This document shows, piece after piece, positions 27,099 to 40,934 of a stretch of DNA of 64,000 bases. Numbering within the stretch: the stretch's first letter is position 1; each line of letters starts with the position of its first letter. The translations under genes and the position numbers were made by a program. This DNA comes from Kudoa neothunni. Lineage: Eukaryota > Animalia > Cnidaria. The stretch spans positions 6,559,731 through 6,623,730 of the forward strand of contig OZ199838.1 of NCBI GenBank assembly GCA_964304625.1. The letters are read 5' to 3'. The notes under the pieces are model-generated. The model searched no databases, was not told the origin of the DNA, and saw nothing but the letters and a program-made list of their open reading frames with translations.

Positions 27099-29435
27099 TT
27101 AACTTTAACATGAGTGCGAAGGATTACGGTACAATCATGATCGCATTACGAACCTAAACTCCACTTTAGTCTAGGATCTTGTTTATGGAGGTAATTCATC
27201 AAGTAACCTCCTCATAATCTTTATTTTTCACTCGAATGACAATTTTAAAGGCAATATATCCCCATTAAAGGATATTCGAATTCTACCACAATGAAAAATC
27301 ACCTTTATACGCACAATATAATATTTTCCAACTGAATAATATCAAATATAAATGTACGCGTACGCATCTCACATACACACATTCACCGGCGCTCTCCCTC
27401 TTTTTAAGTGCAGTTGGTGTATCTGTAAAAGTGAAGTGCATAATTAGTCCCAGTTATTCCAAAAAAATTTTGTTTTACAATTAGAATGGGTAATGAACAA
27501 ACAAACAAACCTTCAACTTATAGTTAAACAATCGCCTTAACATGAGTGAGTGTACGGCGACTAGAGTCATCAAACGTCAGTTTTGAAAATAATTTTCTTA
27601 AGAGGATTTTCGGGAGATACTGAATACGAGTTGTTAGACGCAAAAGGTTATCAAAGACGAACATAACTAAAAACTAACGATTCCAATTATTTATCAATAT
27701 ATTTCAATCTTAAATATAACGATAGATAGCTAATGACAAATGCAGGGATTATCGGTTTGGTTTGGTTAGAGAAAAAAGATTTTTCGTGAATTCAAAAATT
27801 ATAACTATAAGGTGAACATTAGTTTAAGTTTATATCTAAATTAAAAAAACAGTCACATATTAAAAAGTGAATAGTTGACGTGAGAAATGAGTGAGAATGA
27901 ATCAACAGAATTTATTTTTATAAAGTTAACCAGCCAAATGAATGGATTTTACATATTGCATGTAATTAGGGTGAAACGAAGACAAAAGTATAATGATCAG
28001 TTCATATTTAACCCATTTGATGTCGTAATAATTTTAGGAGCTTGTGAGGTCACATAAATAGGAACTAATAAAATTTTTGGTGTTTAATCTGAAAAATTCA
28101 TCACATTTCCAAGTAGGTTCGGTCAAAAGTGGCTTACAGCATGGTTTATCAAGTGATTGCTAATATCAAATAGGTAATCAAATCATTAAAAAATAGTTCA
28201 TATAAATCACTTTAGATAAGATGAGATGGTGAAAAGCTTCAGCCGGTAGACTTCATAGGAATTACCTTGGAAAAAAAAGCTCTACCGGATTATCGCAACC
28301 AGGTCTACAATTGCTGTTAGGTAGGAACGAATGGCTGTTAGAAAATAACTGAAAATTTATGTGTTTTGGGGTTGGCTCCAAAATACTGACAGCGATTATT
28401 AGCGTAAACGCGGCATGCCAACACAGGGATATGTGTGAGTAACTTAAATTTGATAGTTGGTTTGAAGTGAAGGTGGATTAGAAAAATTTATTTTATTCCA
28501 CTGCATTGTGGCACATTTCTGAGATAGTAGCCATCAAAATTAGTCATCGCGATAAAAAATCCAATTAAACTCATCATCTACTGGAACTAGTGGTGCGCAA
28601 TTGTTCTGCCTCAGATAACCCTATCATCAGTGCACTCATTATAGTCAGCCGAATATTGGATAGAGGCGTTATTAATTATTATAACTATATTGAGGAAGTG
28701 TGGAAAATTTTCAGCCAACCATAATAGATACAATATAATTAAGTAGGAAATGTATAGTAGGAATCAAATGGCATTAGAAATAGTACAGCTTAAAAAGTGT
28801 GACTATTTATTGAATAACAAAATCTAGGGAGATATTGGGTTAAATATTGGAATAAGTGTAATCCCAATAGAAGGAATAATAACAAGTCATCTAGCAAATC
28901 AAGAAACAATCAAGTAATATTATTCATCAGCAATATAGAGCGTAGTTTTCAATGTTCAATGAGGCCGGTTCGTAGCCGATAAATGTGTATCATAGATAAT
29001 AGCCGTAGAAACATTAGGTTTTTGATTGTGGAATATAATGATTAGATATTGCAGAATTAATCGACAACCAGCCATTCACTAATAATGATTGTTTGAAGTT
29101 TATTTAAAAAGCTTGTGAGTAAGGTATTTATATGAGGGGATAATATCTCTGTCTAATCACACTCAACACCAATCAGTTGATGACATAGGTGAGTGTGGTT
29201 GTTGAGTCGGAGAAATTTTACGGTAGATAATTTTTAGGGGATTAAAATTTTTATTGATAATGACCAAAAATATTAATTCTACTGATCATCAACTAATTAT
29301 ATCGAAATTAATTTTCGATAGATTCGAACGATTAGATTTGCAATTGGAAATAATTGGTAAAACTTGTGCATCAATTGGAACGCAAAACAGCACCGCTCCA
29401 CCTCTTCCTCCTCCTCTTCCTGTTTATAAAAAAAG

Positions 29436-32244
29436 ATGAATCAATTGGCCGACAAAAATAAACCCAACATTGTGGGAAATATTTTTCACTCATTCGATGG
29501 AGCTGAACAACAAGGCCCATCCATTTACGGCCACAATAGCAGCGGCAACAACAACAGCACCAATACCAACATTAACACCAGCAACTGTAGAAATCCACTT
29601 CAAAATTCCTCCAACATGTCGTCAAATCTGACCACTAATCCATCACATATCAATTTTCAGTCTACCACAAATAGTAATTACAATCTGATCTCTTAATCAT
29701 ACATCAATTATTAATATTTTAAATTGAATAAACCGAATTTAATCATCCCATAATTAGAATAAATAAAATTATTATTAGTCGACTATTAGTAAAAGTAATA
29801 TTTAATCACCTCAGCAAGTCTACATCTAACTAATCCTATTCAATATTATTTAATAAAATTCTTTTATTGGCAAAAGAATTGAGAAATAGACTTATACATT
29901 TGATTGACATTTAGTTGTTGAAAATTCTAACTGTGAAAATTCATTGATGACTTTGGTTGGCAAAGATAACTCACTTGGGTCGCAACCGCCATCGTCTTCA
30001 CTCACAACAACACCACATCAAGATAAAAAGTATTTATTTATCTGTATTTCTATTGGTTTGAGATAGTGGCATTGTTATTGGGGAGAGTGGTTGTTTTGAA
30101 AACAACCAAAATCGATTGTACTTTTATTAATAGTTGTATTAAAAATATTAGTAATCAGCCTCATATACCCCCACCGCCCTTCTCTGACAACAATAGAGGT
30201 GGGCCACCGTCTACACAATATCGCCATTATCCTCATCCCCCAATGCATCAATCGCTCGCAACTATCACTTCCACCAGCGCTGAAATTGATAGCAATATAA
30301 ATTCAATGTATCACAATATTAGCAATCTGCTGCATTCGAACAACGAGTGGTATGGCGTTGATGGCAACATTTACACCACCGCCAACACCAACTCGTTACC
30401 AATCAATGCTGCTACTACCGCTGCTACTATGGCTTCCATATGCCCACCAAATAACGGATGTAATAGAAATTAATGAGTGATAACAAATTCATTTTTTACA
30501 GATACCGGATCGGGCGCATACAATTCTCTACAAGACAGCGACAAAATCAATATTCCATCATCGTCAGACCTATTACAGGCGAACTGTCCAACAACGCAAT
30601 CCAACCATTCAAAAAGACCTGATCAACAAACCAATTTCAATTTAATATCATCTCAATTGTATGAACCTTTATCTACAACTCCTACCAAACTTTACACGTA
30701 TTACAATGGAGATCAATCCAGCATAGACAGCGGTAAAAATTGCATATATCTTCCAACCCCGGTAACAGCCGCCTATATGAACAGCCTCAATTGCCAGATG
30801 GGTTACAACAATAGCTTGGATTGGTCGATAGACACCAACGAGAATAAGAAGAACAACTGTCATTACATTATGCCGCCGACATCATCCTCATTCGATTGCA
30901 GATCTGTAAAGTGTGAACAAATGAACAATCTACCTGGTATTTATCTAATTGAATAATATAGTGTTGTTTTTTTATCGATACGATGAATTGATCGTTGTTT
31001 TAGCTGAACAGTCCTCATATTACCCAGTAGATAAGGCATCGATGATTTATGGTGGTAGGCCAAACACAAGCTACGAATTCGCTCTATCAACAATGCAACA
31101 GCCATTCTCCAACGGCAACCAGTTGAATCCAATAATGTTTGGTGATGTGAGTCACTACAAGGTTTCATCGGTGGTCAACCAAGCGCCATTTTTACCCAAT
31201 TCGGTTGCAGTTGATCATTCTCCCACCAACAACGGTGATGATCATCAACTAAATGTAAGTAATATCGAACAATCGTTAGCCCAACTAAGCGTATATATAT
31301 CAAATAAGGGTTCCAATAAAAACACTCAAGAAGGCACTAAAACGGCATTGCGAAGATTGCATCGGTGGTACGAAACTAAGTATGAAAAAAAACTAGACAT
31401 CAATGATATGAACAGGTTGACGGCACCTAGTTTGTTGGAGGCATTTTTCATTGAGATTCGTGACACACGACCTGGCAAAGTGGGAAAAGCGTACGAACAG
31501 GTCACTCTCACGACTTACAAAAATGGTCTAAGGAGATACTTTTTGACCAGGCCTTGTCCTCCTGCCCCAGACAATTTCGATATTGCTGGCGCCGAGTTTG
31601 AATCCATCAATCAAACCATCAACAACAGACAAAACCTCCAAAAATCCTCAAACAAAATTACCAAATGGAACCTCATTGATTCAATTGATAATTACGCAGT
31701 GATTCTTTTGTGGTATAAATTGATCGAGTAATGCGTTGTTTTCGCATAGATATTGCAATTATGCGATGGAGGTGTTGTTGGAAGCAAAAATCCGCTACAG
31801 CTTGTTCGTATCATGTGGTTGATCAACACTAAATGTTTCTCCATCAAAGGACGACTAGCTCACCACAAAGTTCTAATTTCCGATTTCCAACTGTTGACCA
31901 ATTCCAATGGGACTCTTTCGATCAAATATTCCCCCCTCTGTGAAGACTACGATACATCGTCACAATATCCAATCAGTACACCATCCAACTCTTCGAATTC
32001 CAGCATGAAAATCCGAAAAAACAAACAACCAGCTATCCTGTCACCTACCGATTCCACCAACTCTTTCTTGATCAGCTGTTTTCAACTGTACTTTGAGAAA
32101 CGTCCACCTGGCATACAACCTTTCTATCTTACACCTAAATCGTCCGTTTTTAATGGTGAGATATGGTTCAATAAAGTGGCAATGGGAAAAAACTCCATTG
32201 GTCGAATCATGAATGATATACTTGCGAGAAAAATTGCAAGATAA
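29436..32244 (+). CDS. Crypton-derived DUF3504-domain protein (ZMYM/QRICH1/KCTD1/KIAA1958-like domain) with a long N/S/T/P-rich N-terminus; 5' end uncertain
   Basis: In-phase introns 30460-30501, 30937-31003 and 31699-31749. Motifs NKNTQEGTKTALRRL..W, LEAFFIEIR..GKAYEQVTL..YKNGLRRY, GVVGSKNPLQL, LYFEKRP...FYLTP...WF...MGKNSIGRIM. Confidence 0.82.
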
Positions 32245-33578
32245 ACCACACTTTTTGATATCTAAACATTTATTCCATTATATTTTTAAATGGGCAATTT
32301 TAAAATGTGTTTGTATCATACGTATCCTCATATTTTCATATCCTTAAATTACCATATGGAGAGAGATTACGCGTAATAGAATTTTGAGATTATTGCAGGC
32401 TAGTTCATTTCACTTTAGACTGATGCTTTAACGAATGTAATTCCATGCTCGATATCTGTGCTGCGACAATTCCTCTCGTGGCTCACCTCGTTTACGTAAT
32501 GCACCCAAGATTAATAAATGACAGGACTAATATTCCAGGGCAATATATTTATATATAGGTTTTCCTGTAAATCAACTGTACATAAACCAATTTAATCGTT
32601 CGTCTGTCAGTATTTCAAGCTTTATTTCACAACAAGTCTAACGACTTCAGTGTCCATAGATATGCACTCGACAATACCTCCACATAATACACCTATTACA
32701 TCTAATACATCTAATACACATAATATGGAGTTATTCACCCTTTTCTATGTAGCAAGTTGTCAGCGATAACTTCAAAATATCAATAATAGTTATATTGGGG
32801 GATATGATTATTCATATAATTAATATAAATGCGTTTAATATTTGAAAGTTAATAAATAACTACCTCAATGAGTTTTAGTTGAAGCCTCATCAAAGTACTT
32901 TACCATTAATTACATACATTTTTTGGCTTTAATTCGGTAATATATACTTCAAACTAAACATTTAATCGTCCTCTAATCAATTCACTAGCCAATTAATCTC
33001 AATATTAATTTGACATATATCTACATGTTTTTGATACTTGATATTGGATTGATATAGTTATCCTCTTTCGGTTAGACGATATTCCCACAACCCCAACATT
33101 TTATGTTTCTTGTATTGGCTCAGTTTCATTTGTGAACATTTATCCAAATAAATTTCCTTGGACTTTAGGCGATATAAATTCACTTACATAACTCATGTGA
33201 GATTCAAATTACGTAATATAATAAGAATAAAGCCAGTTATCTAGCAGAAGTCGTGTATTATTACGTTATTTTGTATTTTCTGCAAATTAAAGAAAAATAA
33301 ATATGTAATGATGGTGATTTTGAGTAAACAGAAACTGCGTAAGAGAATGTGTGACAAGATACAGACATAGATGTTGAGTTTTGATATTAAGTATTTATAA
33401 ATTTAATGGAGTATGATGCGCCAAACGAAAAGAAATAATGATAAAAGTACACAGCATGCTTAATACAAATACAATTTACAGCTGAATGGTTAGTGTATAG
33501 ATTTTTGGAGGTAGATTGTTAAACTAGGAAGAAGGAAAGGTCCAAAACCAGCCCGATTTCTTCTCTGCACCGAAATAT

Positions 33579-35480
33579 TTAATATTTCGCTCTATAATAT
33601 ATTTTATAATATGAATATCCAAAAAAATTACTATTGTATCTCATTTTACAGACAGGATAAAATTTGGCACAGTAAGTCTTTGTTGTTAATTTGGTTTTAT
33701 TTTTAATGAGTCTAATCAATTTGGTACGTTGTGTTGGTGTCATCATTGAGATGCTACCATCCTTCAGTTTGGTTATCAAATTTATGTAATGAACCTTTTT
33801 AGAGGGGTTACTTTTCGGAATTTTAACGCTTTTTTTAATAATATTTGATGATTTTTTGGCCTTTGATAAATTAACACGAGAAATTTGTTTAGTACCATTT
33901 TTTTTATCTTTAACATTTTTTGAAATTTCTATATGTGACGATGTGTAAACCTTCGCGATTTGAGGACCAACTTCTCCCTTTGCTACCATCCGATAATCAA
34001 TAGACGGAGGTGAGGTTGCAGGCGTTGGTTTTTTTTCTGTCTAACTTATCCATATGAATTTCGATAGGAGATATATTGAGTTGAGTTGGTAGTTGTGGTA
34101 GCAATATACCGCTAATATTGTTTCTAGTGTAGGCATTGTCAGCCTCATCAAATAATGGAAATGGGTCTTCAACTGGCTGATGATAGTGAATATTTGGATA
34201 AGAGCTGGTTTGTGTGTATATAGGGGAATTATCCACAAACCTGGATTCAAGATCAGTCCCATTCGACTTGTGGAGGTATAGCCTGTTGATTGAAATTGTC
34301 TCTAGAAGTGAGAGTGACGGGACCCATGTTAGGAGGCTGAGTGGTGGTGATCAAATCCACTGATGCAGGCTCATTGTACGAGCTTAGTGTTGCTAGTTCA
34401 ATATTTCCTTCGATAGAACTTTTGGTTTTATTTTTGGGAGAGGCAACTGTACCAATTAAATATCTAAATATTTTTAAATCAAAATTATATAAAATAAAAG
34501 GATAATATACTTTAATCCACCAAGCGGGGACTGAAATAAGGAGGAATTGAATTGCCTCTCAGTGTTGCTCTCATTGGATGCTGTTTTTGGTTCAATATTT
34601 TTGATTTCGTTGACCTTATTAATTTTCTTATGAGACGGTAGTGGAGAGTCGTTTTTCCCGCGATCCCAAAGATTAGATTTTAATTCAGATTCGTTGACGA
34701 TATCATCTTGGGGTTTGGAAGATTGGTTAGAGGGTTGAGTTGAAATTTGTGCTGCGGGGTTCACAAAGTCATCCGAAGATACTTCAGTTTTCAAACTATA
34801 ATAGTCAAGATTATCCTCCTTGGGATGTGAGGTTAACAGATTGGAAACCTCTGTTTGGCCTGGAGGGATCGACGATCCGATAATGTTTTCATTTCTAAAT
34901 CCGAATGAATTAAAAAATATTAAAACTAACTTAACCTTTTAATTGTATTAATATCACTGTGTTGATCAGTGTTGAAAATCTCTAATGCGTCTTTTATATC
35001 GGATTTCTCTAATAACTTAGGATAGGAAGAATTCAAATCGACAGGCATTTTCCCTTCAATGAAATCTTGAATTCTTACCTGCAATCTATCCTCATTGTTA
35101 TGATATCTAAAATGGAAGAAATAAATGATTTTCGTCATTAAACTTGATCAAAAATACAATATATTGACGGTTGGAACACATTGAAGATCATTGATGGCAT
35201 GGTCTTCTGGCAACAATCTCCATACTTTTGAGGTTGTCGTACAAAAAAGTACAGTGTTGTTGATATTGACCACATAACCGGTTCTACAATTAGGAGCACA
35301 TACTCTGACATCGTAGAAATTGTTCTTATTTTCGCGTTTGATTGCATCAGCGCAAATATAACCCCCATGAGGGGGATCATCTAATTTGGGGCAACCCAAA
35401 TCTACTTCTCCTGTTAAGGAGGGGTTTAATATTAAGAAACAATAGACAGAGAGACAAAAAGAGATTTTATATCGACTCAT
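33579..35480 (-). CDS. Putative secreted protein: signal peptide, one Sushi/CCP domain, low-complexity stalk and Lys-rich C-terminus
   Basis: Hydrophobic N-terminus MSRYKISFCLSVYCFLIL; CPKLDDPPHGGYIC...CAPNCRTGY...LFC...W...CVP; short introns; apparent frameshifts near 34320 and in the T8 run 34029-34036; 3' end uncertain. Confidence 0.65.
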
Positions 35481-36031
35481 AATAACATACTATTTTGAAT
35501 AGACAAATTCTATTGAATGCAGTCAAAGCAACTTGCTTTAAAGGCTTGGTTGTGGTCATAGTGATTGCTAGCATTTGGATTGTTTCGATTCATCGTATAA
35601 AATTTCTGAACCAATAACTTATTTATTGCTTTTCATGCAAACTAATTTTAATTTGAAAATTAACCAGATTAAAATATAGCAAGCACAAGTTGTATTTTTG
35701 CATAAAATATGGGTGGTATGTTCTGTTATCACAAGGCTTTCATTATGAATATAATCTATTGGGAATACTTCTAAAAAATATTTTGATTATTAAAAATAAA
35801 CACTTAAATAAGGTTTTTGAATAAATTAATCATTACATTTACTATAGATTTATATTCTTCTGCATACGTAAACAGTCATTAGGGATCTGTAGTACTTAAA
35901 TAGTTAGTTTATATTTTAAATTGTGATACTTAGGAAATGGAAAAAATAATCATATTTGAATATGTGTCTTCTTTTGTTAATAGTCGATCAATTTAACTAA
36001 TTTAATAATATTTGTTTAATTTAGCTATTAA

Positions 36032-37351
36032 TCTTCCTAGCGTCTTTGGGGTCCATTGGACCCCAACGGATGTTTGAATCGATTTTAGAGAACCTGATTT
36101 TACATCAGAGAATTAAATATCATATTTATTCTCTTAAAAATATGATTTTTATTAAAATATTACAGGAAATTTAAATTTGTACGGTCATGTCACGAAATAA
36201 TCAAAATACTTACACATTCCTTTCTTTGGGGTCCAATGTGCCCCACATTTTTCTCGACCGAACAACAAAGAAAAATAATTAAAAACAACGTTGAGAATTA
36301 AATAAAATTTTACCGATAGGAAACAGAGAAAAATTGAAAAAACCATGCCTACGTTAAATGCCGAACACGGCCATAGATGGTTCTGAATGTAATATTTTGG
36401 ATGAATTTGAATCCGATATCAATGAATTTTATGATATCTTGTGACGATTTAGTTATTTATATTATTCTAATGTTTCTGAAGATAATAGACAATATCGAAA
36501 CATTTACGAAGATAAGGGTGGTGTTAATTGGTTTTCTGAGAAATTTCAAATAACTAAAAACTTTAAACGAAATATTTTTCAAAATATTCAGATTCAATTT
36601 CGTATGTTTCAAACAGAATCACCTTCTTAGCCGGTCATTCCTCATATTTTATGGTGAATCTATTTTATCAACTGTTATTTCAGGTATTAACAAGTTTGAC
36701 AATTATAATTATCAGCATTATTTGAAGACTTGGCAAACCAACAGTCATTGACTTATATTAGAATCTTTGTCTATATGTTAATTTTCAGATCTAAATTATA
36801 ATCACTCAAATTACTTTGTCGCGAGGGATGATGCTGTTCTTGTTCTAGATCTCAAGACAGATAAGCGAGGAATTTTTTTGTTTGTAGAATCAGTTGTAAT
36901 AAAATAAATTTAAAAGTTTTTTGCGTGGTATATTGTAGCATTAAAAACTAAAATAATATAAATATATCGCATTTGATCTATTTTGAACCAATATGTATCT
37001 CGGGTTTTATTGGGCGTTATTATTAAGAAATTAATCGTATAGGAAACAGTTTTGGGGATTTTTTTTAATGTGGAATGATTATACTTTTATTAAAACCTAT
37101 TAAATTAAAAAATAAAGTTAAACTTGCTAAATTTTATGCCTAAGTAAACCCTTTAAATTCTTAGGTAGTGATCGTCAATAACCGACGGTGTTATAATTGT
37201 GGCATTTTTCAATATTTTATCGATAATATTCTCTCATACCGTAGTAAATTACTTATTACATTTTTCTCCGTAATTCAAGTTAAACAATTGTTGGGTCCAA
37301 TGGACTCCAAAGGAAGGAATGTGTAAAGTAGGGTTTCAGGCGCTTGGAAGG
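36032..37351 (+). mobile_element. Non-autonomous 1.3-kb piggyBac deletion derivative, family A copy 2
   Basis: TTAA at 36028-36031 and 37352-37355; GGGGTCCATTGGACCCC at 36048; remnants of the transposase acidic N-terminus (DKGGVNW...NIF) and Cys-rich C-terminus. Confidence 0.88.
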
Positions 37352-37511
37352 TTAAATATGCACTCAGCATGAAAAAAGTATAGGTGTAAATTGGTTAATA
37401 TTTTCGTTGATTACACTTAACAGAATATGTCCGAATCAAACTTTTCAACACTCGTTAAATTACAAAATATTTTCCAAACCTTAGTATCAAAACTATGAAA
37501 AATGTTCAATA

Positions 37512-39294
37512 CAGTCGAGATTGGATATTGCGTGGGTTTTAGGACCAGCAAAAAACCACACAATAAAAAGTTATTACGTAATATCCCCCGCTCATGTGTG
37601 CGCATCGTGTTGTAAAATATGATTTTCTTGTACTTACGTTTGATGACTATTCATACAAACAAGTTTTTTTAAAACACAGATAACATAGAGTTCAATTAAA
37701 GAAGAGTTATTAAATGTTGTCAAAAAATATTGTGGTTTTTGTGTGTCGAAATCTTTCTATTGATATTTTTTAAATTCTGTCCGTTATAGGATAAACTTAA
37801 ACAATCCATGTAGAGCTTCTTGAATTAAAACTTTTGATAAAATGTTAACTATATTTTATATTTGTTTGATTAAAATATTGACTTCTTTAATAATTGATTC
37901 GATATCATCAGATTAATCATTTGTCGGCAATAAATCTGCACGATTTTGATACTCACATATTGTCGCATTATTATCGTCAAAAATATATTCGCAATCTACG
38001 ACGTCATTTAAAATAAACTAATTTAGTATACATAAAATTTTATTTAGAGAACTATTTCTGATTTAGAGTATCTCTCATAAATCTTGTTCTATAAACTGAT
38101 TAAACTTTTTTGTTGCAACTTTATATGCTGCTATTAAATATTTTGTATTTGTAAAAAATTAATTATAATTTCTAGCATAATACTATCCCAGAGTTGGATT
38201 AACGGCATGATTGGGTTTAGTAATGTTTATTTTTCGATGGTAAAAGCTTCAGATAAAACCACGTGTTCGGTCATTGAATTTCTGTCCTAATTTTAATGCA
38301 TTTAATGATGCCTAAATCAAGGTTTGCGGATATATCAGTTGTTTTTTTTGGTTTAAAAAAATTTATATATTTTAAAAAAATCAATATTTTTGGGGTGAAG
38401 AGTATATTGATCCAATAAAATTAAAACTTTTCGGTTCTCATCTATAATTATTTGGTTCAACATTCTCATTATGTTTATAAATATATTACACAACATCCAT
38501 GTTTTTTAATACCATTCACGCGGTAGATGTTTAACTCAGTTGAAATGTCTAAGATTCTGAAATTTACCGGTAAAAACTGATGGAAGTTTACCCCTATTTA
38601 AAAAAGAGTGACTGTCTTACTGCCACGCTTTTTTGGATATTTTTCCTTATATTCCGACCTAATTCTTTAAAACATAACTAATGTTTTGTGATTGCTCATA
38701 AAAGAAAGCCAGTTTCATCAATGTTTATAACGTCTTTAGGAATAAATGCCTGAACCAAATTAGTGTTTTCAAAATTCCATGTGTCAGCAGATAAAATATC
38801 TTTATTCGCAGCCTCATCATGAAACATTTTGAAACCTATCACATATCTTGATGTGAACTCTGAAAGCCACACTTAACTAGCCTTAAAATTGGAAATTTTT
38901 TTTTCAACATACAACGTAATTTCGATAATAGCATATCTCGGCAGAACATTATCATTCGACCATTGTTTAACAAACCAATCGTACAACTCTTCATCTATAT
39001 TTTTAATTTTCCTTAGAAGATGCGCCCTTCTTTTTAGTTTCAATATTCGCATTTTTGAATTTATCTTAGCGAGAACGAATTCTATCAAATTTAAAAGGAC
39101 CTTTAACATGACAATATATTAATATTCAACTTAGATCACCACATCACTCAATTTAAACTTAGAAATTGTCATTTTTTCGCCAACTTAAAACATTTTTATC
39201 TTAATTATTACGTTTTCAATGGGGCATACTGAAGAAAACACCCTTATTTTTAAATAGATAGGCCACTAAAACCACGCAATAACGAGACTTTAAG
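37512..39294 (-). mobile_element. Degenerate Tigger/pogo (Tc1-mariner superfamily) element
   Basis: TA at both ends; degraded TIRs sharing ATTGCGTGG(G)TTTT; minus-strand CENP-B HTH IDEELYDWF...FKAS.WL..F and first catalytic motif VINIDETG at about 38710-38735. Confidence 0.8.
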
Positions 39295-39603
39295 TAGAAA
39301 TAAATCATTTTTTTATTTTTTAATGATAGAAATGTTTACAAAATGATAAAATAATAACAATACCAAAAAACTAGGTTTCTCTAAAAATTAATCTTGCGTT
39401 AATTTTTCTCATGACCAGGCGATATTTCATAGCTGGAAAATAAATAATTGAAATTTTATGTAAAATTTTAATTTAATGGTATTTTTAAGAGTTGTGAAGG
39501 AAGTTATAAAATAGCGATGTGAGCTTGAAAGTGGATATTCGAACGGTGAATAATATTCGAGTGTCATTAGTTTAGACTATATTTTTTTATTTCGAAACCT
39601 TAA

Positions 39604-40934
39604 CCCTCTAAGTAATCCGGGGTCCATTTGGACCCCAAATAAGATTGTCATCCTGTCTTCTCAACCGTTATGTAATAATTAGAATCTAAGCTTCTCCTAT
39701 TCTCATAAAACACGTTTATCTTTTGAGGAATAGATTTATTGGAATTTTCATGTCATAAATTTTATAACAAAAACATCTTAGGAGTATAATTGGGGTCTAA
39801 ATAGGCCCCAGAAGTTTTTTTGATATTTTAAAAATATATTATTATTTATATTAATTTTCAAATGGAAATTTAATTAAAACCTATTTTACATACCAAAATC
39901 CAATAAATAATTTTGCGCCGCGAATGTAAGTTTCTATTGTGTAAGCATGGATTTCATTTGCAAAAGTAGCAAGGATAGTATTGACATTAATGAAAATGAA
40001 ACACCCGACCTAGTATAATCGAAGGAGACTGTCAACGATGAGTATGATCAAAATCTCGTGTACAATGAAAACGACGATCCGCTTGTAGAACAAAAACAAT
40101 TTATGGAGTGCAATCAAACCAAAGAAAACCAAGGTGGCGGCAGAAAATAAAATGAATTTTCTTCAAGATGTGACTATGTACACCACACAAAGGATCTTTA
40201 GTAATGCAGGATGCTTTATCATTTCTTCCAAACGGAAACAATGAAACGAACAATTAAATATACCAATCAGGGCGATAAGAACCATTATGGAAATAATTGA
40301 AGGATGTTTATTGTGCATGACTATCCATAAGGGTAGCCAAGATCCTATTGTTGAAATGTTTAGCCGTGACGAAGGTAGGAGGTTATACAAGGATCTTGTT
40401 TCCTTGTACAGATTCGAGCAACTAACAAGAGCGCTCCGCTTTGATAATGCAGAAACTACGGAGAAATGACAGCTAAATGTTCCCCAATTAGAGAAATATG
40501 AGACACTTAGGTTAATGTGGCGAAAAAAAATTATAACCAAGGAAAAAATATATGTCGTGATGAGCAATTAGGTTTCTTTTAGAGACAATTGCTCTTTAGA
40601 CAATATATAAAATGTAATCTAGCAAAATATGGCTTGATATTTTTCCTTTTGGTAGATCCAGCATCTATATCATGTGTTTGTGGAGTTACTAGCGAATTCC
40701 AATATCAGCCATTTTAAAATAATCGGTCGTCTTATTTATATAGGAACATTGCATTTATGCGCATGCGTTAGAGAGAAAACCAAACGAGAAATTATTAGCG
40801 GCAAAAACATTTCTCACAATTATAATTTGGTAGATTGATAGAAAACAAAATTATCAAATGGAATCACAAAAAATTCTGGATCAAAATGGACCCAGCTATA
40901 CTCCGAGGGATCTGACTAATTGTTACCTAGAAGG
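39604..40934 (+). mobile_element. piggyBac element 5, degenerate (PGBD4-like)
   Basis: TTAA at 39600-39603 and 40935-40938; TIRs CCCTCTAAGTAA / CCTTCTAGGTAA; GGGGTCCATTTGGACCCC at 39619; remnant EMFSRDEGR...RALRFDN (40287-40469). Confidence 0.88.

Noticed and set aside
32300-33200. Possible small minus-strand gene between the DUF3504 and Sushi genes
   Set aside because: Only short open frames with no recognisable motif or consistent splice chain.
7842-40934. Repeated palindromes as a CRISPR-like array
   Set aside because: Irregular spacing, eukaryotic context, no cas genes; they are piggyBac subterminal motifs.
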